DNA of 62,693 nt, the filler included, from Chiloscyllium plagiosum (lineage: Eukaryota): assembly GCF_004010195.1 (NCBI RefSeq). It is 4 parts of one record of this genome, joined end to end, with 100 filler letters (N's around TTAATTAATTAA, not from the genome) between each part and the next. Parts side by side here need not be neighbours in the genome. Positions count along the whole stretch, not along the records: positions 10,765 to 41,588 come from NC_057710.1; 3 more parts are not named here. One strand, written 5' to 3'. The number at the start of each line of letters is the position of its first letter. Positions within the stretch are counted from its first letter, which is position 1. Below the pieces are notes generated by a model. It was not told the origin of the DNA. It did no database searches and saw only the letters and a program-made list of their open reading frames with translations. Shown here piece after piece: positions 26,019 through 37,845 of this stretch. A program made the position numbers and the translations under genes.

Positions 26019-28557
26019 AAAGTGCAATTCAAACATAACCTTTGCATCTGTTTAAGTCCAACTATTAAATACCAGCTAAACAAAAATTAACCAAATGAGC
26101 AGATTTTAAGACCCTTTTCAGCATTCTGCAAGTCTCTGCTACTGTCTTCAACCAACCGTAACAATCCCTCCTTTCCATAGCACATTCATCTGCAAGAGTA
26201 GGAAATGCCGTACTAATCTTTCTACAGCCACTCTTCCCAATCTTCAGAGCCCAAACCTTCTTTCCAGCTGAAATACTGATTTGCTAATAATTCTTTCAAT
26301 TGAGCAAACAATGCAGTCAAGGAAATCAATGCAGATTAGTTGATCGTTTGTAGAACTCCTCCATTTAGTCTACAAGTTTAACCCCAAGCTTATAATTCCC
26401 ATCACTTAAATTTTCCACCCCTTTCCCACTCTGAACTCCTACATTGATTTGATTAAAGTTGGATAAGCTTGGCAAACACTCCTTGTGTTTTATTTAGGCT
26501 CTAAACAGTTTTCCAGAGTCCAGACACCCTATACATTCAGCTACTTCAGGTCATAGTCACTGTCACCATTTTTTAAGACAGTGATATTCTGTTATTCTCA
26601 TTCCCACTTTTCAGACCTATCTTTTGTTTCTTTACTTACTTTACCTCATCCCACCCTCCCCCACCTCTTGCCTTCCATCAGCTCCCTTTTGTTATTTAAT
26701 TTCTCCAACCTTCTCTTTTTGTCTTCTATCCCTCTCCTTTCCCCCATTTGCTTAAAATCTGCTTTGTTTCTTTCTCTTGTTTTGACTAAATGTTAACTTT
26801 ATTTCTCCCTCCAAAGCTGTTTCCCAATCTGCTGAGCATTTCCAGCATTTTGAAAACATCTAGTTTTTCAATAGTCACGTCTGTTGGAAAAGAACAAAGG
26901 AGACGTGACTATTTTTTGAGCTTGTGTGTCCTCAGATTGCGCTCTGAGGGAAGCATTGCCAGCTAACTTTGCTGGCATTCTCTTAATAAAGGTGACATTT
27001 CCTCTCTCTTTGGGAGGAAGGATTATTTTCACAATTTAGTCAAAAGCAATTCATACTGAGATTAATCTAGCGAACAACTATGCTTTCAATTGTATCCCTA
27101 AGTTCAGTGAAGGTTCCTGAATGTAGGAAAAGAAAATGCTTGACTGCCATTTTGTCCCAAGAACATGAGGTTCCAGTTGTCTAAATTGATTCCTTATAAC
27201 TTTGAACCTGATTACTCCACATCAATCATTAATTCCACAAGCAGTTTACCAGGCTTTCATCTCAGCAATCTGAATGAATTTGTAATGCTGAATCTCTCTT
27301 CATGAATGTACTTGAGGTTCAGTGTAAGGAATTTAAATTGACAAAGCACAGAATTACTAATTTGTATTTGGAACAGAACTTTTAATTCATCGTTTAAATA
27401 AAGTTCTTATAGAATTGACAGGGTAGACCCTAAGAGGCTATTTTCCCTAGTTGGAGAACCTAGTTGGATTTCTTTACTGAAAAGATGGCGAATCTTACAA
27501 AATTCATGATTAAGATTCATAGATTTTAGAGGGGGGAGCGATAGGGTGGGAGGGTGAAATAACTAGACATACATCATATGATTGTTCAAATCTGCTCTGC
27601 CATTTAATATTAGACACTATAACTCCATTTATTTAGCTTCAAATATGTTCAACAATTAAATATCCTCAACACTGTGGCATTGAATAATGAATAAAGAAAT
27701 TTTAAATGATTTTCCCTTTGTCCTGAGGCCGTGTCCTCATGTACTAGAAACCCTAACCAGGGAAACAACCTCCTGAATCTACCCTGTCAAGCTCCTTCAG
27801 AACTATGTATGGTTCAATGAGAGCATCTCTCATTTGTCTAAGTCTAAATTATTCAGCCTCTTATCCCAAGATCTACTCTTGTGAATCTTCAGGTTGCCAT
27901 ATCTAAGACAAATATAGGGACTAAAACTCTACAGAGTAGTCCAGGTGTGGTCTCAGTAAAGCCCCACATAAATTGAGCAAGACTTCCTTATTCTCATTCT
28001 CCGATCCCATTTCATTCAAGGCGAACATGCGACTTGTCTACACAATTATTTTTTCCAACTGCACACTGACTTGTATGAGTACACCCAAGTCCATCTAAAC
28101 ATTAACACTTCAAACCTTCACGCCTCTTAGAAATATTCTGCTTTTCTTGTTACCAAAGTGAATCACCTCACACTTTATCATATTGTACTGTCATCTTTCT
28201 GCACAGTCACTTAATCTGCCTCTTCATGGCCTCCTCACAGATTGCATTCACATTAAGCTTTGCATTACCAACAAGCCTCGGTACGTTACTCTGGGTCTGT
28301 GCTCTAAGGCATTGACATAGATTGCAAATAGCAGGTGCCCCAGCATTGATCCTTGCAGCACTCCAATAAAAACATCCTCCCAATTTGTAAATGTTCCGTT
28401 TAGCCCTATTTTTTGCTTCCTCTCTGATAACAAATAGACCATCCATGTTAATATTACTCCCAATTCCATCTTGCATAATAATCTTTGTATAGCACTTTAT
28501 AAAATACCTTTTGGAAATCCCAAGGATATCACATCTACTGGCTTCTCCTTATCAATG

Positions 28558-28867
28558 GGGCAGCACAGTGGCTCAGTGGTTAGCACTGCTGCCTCACAGC
28601 ACCAGGGACCCAGGTTCGATTCCAGCCTTGGGCGACGTGTGGAGTTTGCACATTCTCCCCGTGTCTGTGTGGGTTTCCTCCGGGTGCTCCGGCTTCCTCC
28701 CACAGTCCAAAGATGTGCAGGTCAGGTGAATTGGCCATTCTAAGTTGCCCATAGTGTTAGGTGCATTAGTCAGAGGGAAGTGGGTCTGGTTGGGTTACTC
28801 TTCAGAGGGTCGGTGTGGACTTGTTGGGCCGAAGGACCTGTTTTCACACTGTAGGGAATCTAATCTA
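28558..28867 (+). mobile_element. Full-length HE1-type SINE next to an old minus-strand CR1 remnant (~27560-28555)
   Basis: A box TGGCTCAGTGG, B box GGTTCGATTCC, AATCTAATCTA tail. Confidence 0.9.
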
Positions 28868-29931
28868 AAAACTTTACAAATTACATCTTCAAAAAAGGAA
28901 TACATTTGTCAAACGAAGAACACCCTGACTTTATTGAATTGCAGGACAGGTTTATGGGGCTTTAACATCTACCCCTACTTCTATTTCATATGTTGTTATG
29001 GTGATTCATACATCACTCCTTTAACATTTTGCTAGTGTCACTGCTATCTCAATAATGTATATTTGTGTAAAGTATCAGTATGTTATATTTTTCATCAATT
29101 CAGCACCTATGCACTTTCTATTACTTAGGCAATTGGCTCTTTTCCATTTGCTCACGATACTGTTAATACTGTTCACCCCTTAAATCAGTTTCAAACCATG
29201 AAATGGCTCAGCTGAGAACTTGTAAAATTTAACATGACGCAGCATGTCCTATTCCTTAATACTAGAGCTGAGGCAGGGAGATACAGTGAGGGAAAGTAAG
29301 ATGAATCATGCTTTATTTTTAACCAAGTTACATGTAACAGTAGTAATTTGAATGTTAAGAGAGTATATTGTTTCATTACCTATGATTAAGATATCATCCT
29401 AATAAGTATTTAAAAACTGTTGTTTTTTAAACATAGTCAATAAGACTGCTGATTGTCATTTCTTTCTGGAACACTGTACACTTTGGACGACATGTATCTT
29501 GCTCATGCCTGCAATCAGATGACAGACAGTTACCAGCTTCATCAATTATCTGACTTCTCAAATGCATAAAATGGTTACATTTACTTTTGCTAGAGTTTTC
29601 AGTCTGTGTGTCTGTTCTAAATCAGGAGTTGGACTGGAAACCAAAGCCAGCAATGGTCCACCAGCATGTGAATGTGCTTTTGAATTTGTAATTTATCTTT
29701 TCCTGACCCTTTACAGTATCCATAAGTAGAAATTCTTAGAAAATTATTGTAGACAAATGTAAGAGAAAATAAAGCAGTTTTGAATATTGACAAAAATAAC
29801 AGCTAGACAGAATGTGTATTCTGAAAAGACAGTTTTGTGGATCTGTAACCCGAAAGCATTTGTTTCTTGCCACCCATAATCAACTGCAAGTTTGCCTTTT
29901 ATTGACTTTCATTGTCTTCACCATACAATAG

Positions 29932-30055
29932 GAGTCATAGCTCGGCACCCTCTCTATTACCCTTACCTGCGGAAAGCTGTGACTGCCAAGGCTGTTGAAA
30001 ACTATTTCCAACACCTAATACAGAGTGAAGATTCTGACAGGAAGATGGTAACGAG
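29932..30055 (+). CDS. AtuA-like protein, exon D (GVIARHPLYYPYLRKAVTAKAVENYFQHLIQSEDSDRKMVT)
   Basis: Pyrimidine tract + ATAG acceptor, AG|GTATAT donor, 124 nt, phase 1 to 2; continues NI-GVIAR and T...V..YF.H. Confidence 0.92.
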
Positions 30056-30334
30056 GTATATGCTTTGTTTTTACAATTGTCCTTACTCTAATTAGTAATG
30101 GAAAATTATCTAATGGAAGGCAAAATAAAATATTTATTGGAAAAGTCTTCAATTTACCAATTAAGGAATCTGGAGAAACAGTCAAACTGAGTGTAATCAT
30201 AAAAGGACCTCATAAGACGGACTCTGAATGCCATAGTTCCTGCATACCTCCAGTATCACAGCTGCCAGGTAGCCAGTGATCCATTTGTAAAGCAATTCAG
30301 ATTGTAACACGAAGCAATAGTAGGTGTAAGCATG

Positions 30335-30765
30335 TAAGTTAGCTCACTAACCTTGAAGGTTTGTTTTCAGATGTTTCGTCATCATACTAGGTAACATCAT
30401 CAGTGAGTCTCAGGTGAAGCGCTGGTGGTATATCCCACCTCACTATTTATAGGTCTTAGTTACTTAAGGTGGGTAATGTCACCACCAGTTCCTTTTTTCA
30501 AGGGAAGGTAGATAGGGCCTAAATCGATGTGTTTATTGATGGAGTTCTGGTTAGAATGCTAAGAATTCTTGTGCGTGTTTTTGTTTTGCCTGTCCTGTGG
30601 TGTCCTGCAACTTTGGTTTCCTGCTACTTTGTCCATTGTAGGAAACTTTCCACCCGGATACATGAACACCAACTGGCCACCAAAAGGGACGACCCATTGT
30701 CACTAGTTTCTACAAACAGACAAAGAAGGACACCAGTTTGACTGCGACAACAAACACATCCTAAG
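30335..30765. mobile_element. Third Penelope-like family, rearranged fragment
   Basis: Minus pLTR with hammerhead motif at 30370-30403 (CTGATGA..GTTACC/GATGAC..GAAACATC); + piece encodes GIY-YIG-like RKLSTRIHEHQLATKR.DPLSLVS. Confidence 0.7.
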
Positions 30766-32384
30766 CACATTATAGCTTGGGCACCGAGTAGCAGTATTGC
30801 AATTAGACAGATTTCCTGATCAACTGAACTTTGGCAAAATTGGTGAAAACAAGTTTCTGAATAGGCAATTTCTAACACTTGATCTCTGTGAAGCCCTAAC
30901 ACATTCCTCAACACTCAATACCCAGCACAGATTTTTTTTTTTTAACTCCTCTTCTGCAAATCTCTAGTCCACCTTCTTAACTTGATATTGGCCTTTCAGA
31001 CAGGGATATAATCTGTACATTGATGACAGATGGAAAAAAAATCCTTGGAGTTGAGACTTGATGCAATTAGCAGCAGTCAGCTTCACAAAAGTTTACAGTC
31101 ACATAAATTCAGTTCTTGGTTGGTGCTGATCTCAGCCAAAGCAGCAATCATATTAGATCTAAAGAAAAACTTCAGCATTACAACTACCTTCAGAATTCAG
31201 GAGGGGGGTGGGGAGGGGGTGAACCGAGATTGTGGGTTGCTATGTGTCATACCTGGTGCAAAAGGCACAAAGATATTGCACAAGAAAGTCAAGGAGATCT
31301 TGCAATGGATGGATTCAGTTTTGATACCTTTCATATTTAAATAATCATAAATACAGTTTTGTATTCCCAGCACAGTAGAGGATTGGCACAGAGAGATTTA
31401 TGTGGGTGGGAAAAAGGATGGACACAAAGTTTGTTATCCTCACAAGGAAAACTATAGCTTAACAAGTTTGAATTAAAGCTGGATTCCTACTGAAGATTCC
31501 AGATCTGAACCTCAGACATCCTAACATCAACTATTCTGAATGGTTCTAAATGCCAGGTAACAATGTGCAGACTAATCTTGATGTCCTTGGTGAAAGGCTT
31601 TCTACTGCAACCATTTCCACCCTCAAACTGATTTTGAACAATAAGTCCAGCAGAAAATGTAATTTCTTGGCTTTTAAGCTAAATGTTACATTTGTACTAA
31701 ATACAATATTTGTGCATAACAACCTATTTTATTAAAACCTTTAACAATATTTTATATAAAACCTACATGGATTTATTGGAAAAGTAGTTTAGCAAATTGC
31801 ATGCATTTGTCATGCTGAAAATTTCCTCAACACTTCAAGAAAATGCAGGATACTATTCCATAGAAATGATTTGAAATCATACAGCTGGTAAAAGAATCAC
31901 ATTCTTTACCTGCTGTATTCAAGCTTAAAAGTGAAGATTTTGTGGATTTTTTTGGATTAGAGCTCCACTTCATTTTATAACTTAAGTCAGCATACACAAG
32001 ACTCTGACACAACGAACACTCGGCCACAAATATTTTTGTCAATGTTTTTGGTAATGTAACAAATATTTTCCAACTCATCAGAAACAATTAACCTGCAGAT
32101 TTTTGCCTGAAATTCAAGCATGTATTAGACTACACTCAAATTATAGTTAGATTATTATCATTGTCTGAAATGTTTGGTGAAAGAACAACTTAGTTTTATG
32201 AAAGCCTCAGCAAGATGAAAAGCATTTTGAATAATTTTCTCCCTGAACAGAAACCTGCTTTAGACAACAAAGAACTATGCTGGGTGTTCTATTGTGGTCG
32301 TAATGTTCACTAATTCATTTTTTTCCCTCCATTCAGAAATTAATTGCAATATCTTGCTCTTTCATTAAAAATCTCCACATCCAA

Positions 32385-32413
32385 CTGATGAAGGAGCAGT
32401 GCTCCGAAAGCTA
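32385..32413 (+). ncRNA. Minimal hammerhead motif in a small pLTR fragment
   Basis: CTGATGA-A-GGAGC-AGT-GCTCC-GAAA-G-CTA; 5-bp stem II, palindromic AGCT stem III; stem I weakened. Confidence 0.6.
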
Positions 32414-33643
32414 GTGTTTCCAAATTGCTGGGAAAACTCAGCAGCTCTGGTAGAATCTGTGGAGAGAAAGTAGCATTACCATTTTGGGTGCAGTTCCCCT
32501 TATTCAGAACTTTCTTTAGAACATTACTCAATGTTTACCTTTACGGTGGTGTGACGATTCTTCACTTCCCGTTGGAACCAGATTTTTTTTTCAAGTGGTT
32601 GTGGGTGCTTTGTTAATCATCTTGAAATTCAGTCATTACAAACTTGTTTTCACAGAATATAAACATGATGCTTCTCCACATCTGTAGCTGTTTGATTATC
32701 CTTCCAAATTCTCCTTCTGAATCCACAGTCAGCTTTCTCCCTTGTCTTTCCATTTACTGCCTTCATACCCTGCAGCAAGAAGTCAAGGAAAATGTTCCCT
32801 GTCAAATATCGTGACGAGGTCGATTTATCAATCGCTTTGCAATAAGAAAATTAATTGTTGTTATAAACAATTGTGTTACAATAGCAACTACATCACAGTA
32901 CTTCATTGCATGTAAAGAGCTCTGGTGTTCTGAGATTTTGGAAGATACTAGATGAATGTAAATAAAAACAAAATGCTGGACAAACCCAGCAGGTCTGGCA
33001 GCAAATGTAAAGACAGAAAGTTCTCAGTTTGAAGAAAAGTCATACTGGACGCAAATTCTGTTTCTCTTTGCACAGATGTTGCCAGACCTGCTGAGTTTCT
33101 CCAGCACATTCTATATGCAAAGTATATATACAAACTCCCTTTTTTGTGAAATGAAGAAAGTTTAGCTCATTATCATTTTCACTGTGTCTTCATGAACGTG
33201 TGTAATTGCATTACTTAAAATCTTCCATTACAATTTGAGCAGAGCACAGTGATCTGTTGTTAGCTGTGTAGGAATACTGCTGGCTGTACATTGTAGTTCT
33301 CCCAGTCCTCTTAGACTATTAGTTGCAAAGTCAGTTCAGACTTGGTGTCTTAGACACAAACTGCTAAAAATAAAACCAGACTCATTTATCAGAGAGGGGG
33401 GGGGGAAGAGGAAATTGGTGAAGATAGAGATCTGAATTATATTGTTAGACTTGAAATCTGCCAGCTACAGCTGAGTCAGACACTGCCTTCACAATACTCT
33501 CTACACTCGATGACTTTGAATGAGTAGAGTTGAGCTTCCAGTTTGGTGATAAGCTCTGTTGCAATAGCCTTACAGGAAATATTTTGAACATGAGCACTGG
33601 TGGATTTCAGTATGTTTTGACTTTTGTTTTGTTTCGTTCTCAG

Positions 33644-33734
33644 ATTTGACCTTCCGGGAATCCAGGGATTAAATTTCGTGCTGAGAAATTCTTTGGGTGG
33701 AGGGGGCATAGCATCTTTAAGGAGTGACCCACAG
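33644..33734 (+). CDS. AtuA-like protein, exon E (RFDLPGIQGLNFVLRNSLGGGGIASLRSDPQ)
   Basis: Long T-rich tract + CTCAG acceptor, CAG|GTATGG donor, 91 nt, phase 2 to 0; R..LPG...LNF.L...LGGGG.ASLR.DPQ motif. Confidence 0.94.
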
Positions 33735-34489
33735 GTATGGTAACTGGATTACACATCAGGCTGTCTCTCCTGCTTTCACAATCTATCCCTCGATGATTTT
33801 TATTATGTCCAGTAGTGCTCTTGCACACAACTAAACTTCTTTTTCATCACCAAATCACCCATGTTGCTAGATGATCTTTTAAATGAATTACTAACTGCAG
33901 AGAAGGCATGTAGAAAGCTGCCCAAGAACCAGCAAAACATTGAACAGATTTTCCTAAAACTATGTTTGTAGGATTTGCTAAGAGCTAGGTACGTCTGCAA
34001 TGTGATTTTGCACAGTAACTTTTGGTATTTACACATTTCCAACTGCTGTCCAGAATTTGTAAAGCAATTTCTTTCCTACCCAAGATGTTAAAATACTCTT
34101 TATTCCCTTTTGCAATTTGAATTATTTTGGCAAAATTACTTGCTAGAAAGTATAAAAGGTATGAACTTCCCACATGTTGGTAGTGATAAAGTTAAGAATA
34201 CAGGAGCCATGACCTTTTTAAAAGGATGTGATAAACATATACCCTTCCTAATGGTGCAATGTCAGTACCTCAGCCATCCCTCCCATGATCTGTACAAGCT
34301 CTGTGAGTATTACTGTTCTCTCTGCAGTATTGTCTCGTCCTGGAGCCCCGACACCCAAAATATTCCTTCTTAAACAATTTAAATTGAAGCAGCTTGGTTC
34401 CTAGACTGGAATTTAGAAGAATGAATGGAGATCTTCAATAAATGTATAAAATTATGAAGGGAATAGATAAGGTAAAAGCAGGGAGGCAG

Positions 34490-36730
34490 ACTTGATAAGG
34501 GGGCTTAAGGTTAAGGAACCCTTAGGAGGCAGTAACCATAATATGATTGAATTTACTCTGCAATTTGAGAGAGGAAAGATGGCATCAGATGTAACAGTAT
34601 TGCAGTTGAATAAAGGCAACTACAGAGGCACGAGTGAGGTGCTGACCAGAATTGACTGGATGAGGAGCCTAACAGGAAAGATAGTGGAACAGCAATGGCA
34701 GGAGTTTCTGGGAATAGTCCAAGGGATACAGCAAAGATTCATCCCAGGGAAAAAGAAGCATGATACAGGGAGGATGAGGCAACCATGGCTGACTAGGGAA
34801 GTTAGGGACAGCGTTAAAGCAAAAGACAAAACTTATAATGTGGCGAAAGGCGGTGGGAAACCAGAGGATTGGGAAGACTACAAAGACCAACGGAGGACAA
34901 CGAAGAAAGAAATAAGGAGGGAGAAGATTAAATATGAGTGTCAGCTCGCCGGTAATATTAGGAAATAGTACAAGACTTTCTTTAGATATATAAAGGGCAA
35001 AGGAGAGGCAAGAAGTAGACATTGGGCTGCTGGGAAATGATGCTGGAGAAGTAGTAATGGGGAACAAAGAAATGGCTGAGGAACTGATTAAGTACTTCAC
35101 ATCAGTCTTCATGGTGGTAGACATGAATAATATTCCAAAACTTCAAGAGAGTTGGGGGGACAAAAATGAGTAAGAAGAAGGTGCTGGAAAAACTGAAAGA
35201 TCAGAAAGTGGATAAATCATCTGGACCAGATGGACTACAGCATAGAGTTCTGAAGGAGATAGATGAAGAGATGGTGGAGGCTTTAGTTGTGATCTTTCAG
35301 GAATCACTGGAGTCAGAGAGAATCTCAGAGGGCTGGAAAATTGCTAATGTAAGCCCTCTGTTTCAGAAGGAGTAAGGCAAAAGACAGGAAATATAGGACA
35401 ATTAGCTTGACCTCAGTCATTGGTAAGATTTTGGAGTCCATTGTGAAGGATGAGATTTCTGAATACTTGGAATTGTATGGTGAAATAGGGCTAAGTCAGC
35501 ATGGTTTCATCAAGGGCAGGTCATGTCTGACAAATCTGCTAGAATTCTTTGAGGAGGTAATGAGCCGGTTAGACCATGGAGAGCCAATGGATGTTATCTA
35601 CCTGGACTTCCAGAAGGCCTTTAATAAGGTGCCGCACAGGAGGCTGCTGATTAAGATAAGGGTCTATGGTGTTAGAAGCAAAGTACTATCATTGATAGAA
35701 GATTGGCTGACTGACAGAAGGCAAGACTGGCTGATAAAAGGGTCTTTTTCAGGATGGCAGCCTTCGACAGGATGGCAGTGATGTTCCAGAAGGATCAGTG
35801 TTGGGACCACATCTTCCACTTTATACATTAATGATCTGGATGAAGCAATTGAAGGCATTCTGGATAAGTTTGCAGATGATACAAAGATATGTGGAGGGGC
35901 ACATAGTATTGAGGAGGCGGGAAGCTGCAGAAAGATTTAGACAGGTTACGAAAGTGGGCAAAGATGAAATACAATGTGAGAAAGTGTGAGGTAATGCACA
36001 TTGGTAGGAAAAGTAGAGGCATGGTCTATTTTCTAAATGGGGAGAAAATTCATACATCTGAAATGCAAAGGGCTTAGGAATCCTAATCCAGGTTTCTCTT
36101 AAGGTAAAGTTGCAAGTTGAATTGGTAGTTACAAAGGCAAATACAATGTTTTCATTTGTCTCGAGAAGACTAGAATATAAATGTAGGGATGCAGTTCTGA
36201 TGCATAATAAAGCTCTGATCAGGCCACGTTTAGAGTATCGTAAACAAGGATGTATTGGCCCTGGAGCAGGTCCAGACGGGGTTCACGAGAATGATCCCAG
36301 GAATGAGAGACTTAACATATGAGGAACATTTGAGCACTCTGGGACTATAATCAATGGGGTTTAGAAGAGTGAGGGGGGATCTGATTGAAACTTACAAAAT
36401 ACTGAGCAGCCTGGACAGAGTGGACATTGGGAAGGTGTTTCCCTTGGCAGGAGAGACCTGCCAATGTAAACACCTGAGGGCACAGCCTTAGAATAAAGAG
36501 ACGATCCTTTGGAGTGGAGATAAGGAGAAACACCTTTAGCCAGAGGGTGATGAATCTGTAGAATTCATTGCCACAGAAGGCTGTGGAGGCCAGGTCATTG
36601 AGTGTATTTAAAACAGAGATAGATAAGGGAATCAAAATTAATGGGGAGAAAGCAGGAAAATGGGGTTGAGAAACCCATCAGCCATGATCGATGGGCCGAG
36701 TGGCCTAATGTCTGCTCTAATGTCATATTG
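34490..36730 (+). mobile_element. 5'-truncated CR1 LINE, ORF2 broken by stops and frameshifts
   Basis: ORF pieces PLGGSNHNMIEF, DKSSGPDG, QHGFIKGRSCLTNLLEFFE, YLDFQKAF, FADDTK; a second CR1 3' piece follows at ~36735-37025. Confidence 0.92.
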
Positions 36731-37051
36731 TTTCCACTGGCGTGTATAGTTTGAACTGGGGGGGGCAGAGCCTCAAAATAATGGGGAGCATATTTAGGAC
36801 TGAGTTGAGGAACTTCTTCACCCAAAGCATTAAGAAACTGGAATTCCCTCCCTGGTGAAGCAGTTGAGGCTACCTCATTGAATGATTTTAAGGCAAAGAG
36901 ATTTTTGACCAGTAAAGGAATTAAGTGTTATAGTGAATGGGTGGGTAAGTGGAGCTGAGTCCACAAATGATCCATTTGGCTCCAAATGGCCTACTCCTGT
37001 TCCTATTCCTTTTGTTCTTGTATGTTCATGACACATAATTGATGTTTCCAG

Positions 37052-37129
37052 GGCAAAGCATATGGACAGATGCTACTGGACTTTCAGTTGAAACACGTTC
37101 CTGATCTGAAGACTCTAATAGACGAATAG
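37052..37129 (+). CDS. AtuA-like protein, terminal coding exon F (GKAYGQMLLDFQLKHVPDLKTLIDE*)
   Basis: TTTCCAG acceptor, phase 0, completes DPQ-GK.YGQMLL; TAG stop at 37127-37129. Confidence 0.93.
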   Translation, partial: GKAYGQMLLDFQLKHVPDLKTLIDE

Positions 37130-37839
37130 TCAAGATCTAGAATATCGGGAGATTGCAGGACCTTTTGCCTCAGTCCTACTTGATGGTGCATCCTGTACAA
37201 AGATACCGTAACTGTGCCTCACTTTTATTTTCTCTGCACATAGAGAGAATAGCAAGATTTTTTTTTTAAGTATCAATTTTGTGACTTTTAAACTTTCTTT
37301 CACTATTTGACACTTTACCCAATATTAATTAAATCTTTGTATATTAATAATTACTAATTAAATAACAAATCAATTTCTTTATATGGGATTTGCATCCTGT
37401 TTTTAATTAAATCAAGTTTGCAGATCAGAACGTTAGCAATGCCACTGTTGAGCCGATTGAACAAGGCAAACATGCCTTTATATTTTTTGTAATCGACCTT
37501 AACATTTGAAAATTAATGAATTTAAAGAACAGATCGAAAGCTGCAAAATACCTAAAGTAAAGTACAAAAGCCTGTTATGGACAAGATGCTATTGGTAGCT
37601 ATGTAATTGTAATTGGTCAGTTGAAAAGACGGGTTCCATAGAACACGGAATCAATTTGATAATTTTTTAATCAGGCAAATTGCTCAGGTACCAGCAATGT
37701 AGCACCATTCCAAATGGCCCAGACAGCACATGTTCACAGTGCATCACTTTGCTTTGGGACTGCGCGCACACAAGACCATTTCTATCTTAATAATGTCACA
37801 TTTGAATTTAGATTCATTGCACTGTAAATAGGTGTATTC

Positions 37840-37845
37840 AATAAA
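37840..37845 (+). terminator. Candidate polyadenylation signal of the AtuA-like gene
   Basis: First AATAAA I found after the stop, ~710 nt downstream, in repeat-free AT-rich sequence. Confidence 0.5.

Noticed and set aside
31030..31344. 104-aa ORF in the D-E intron
   Set aside because: No splice support; LCVIPGAKG..KVKEIL may be a decayed CR1 ORF1 esterase remnant.
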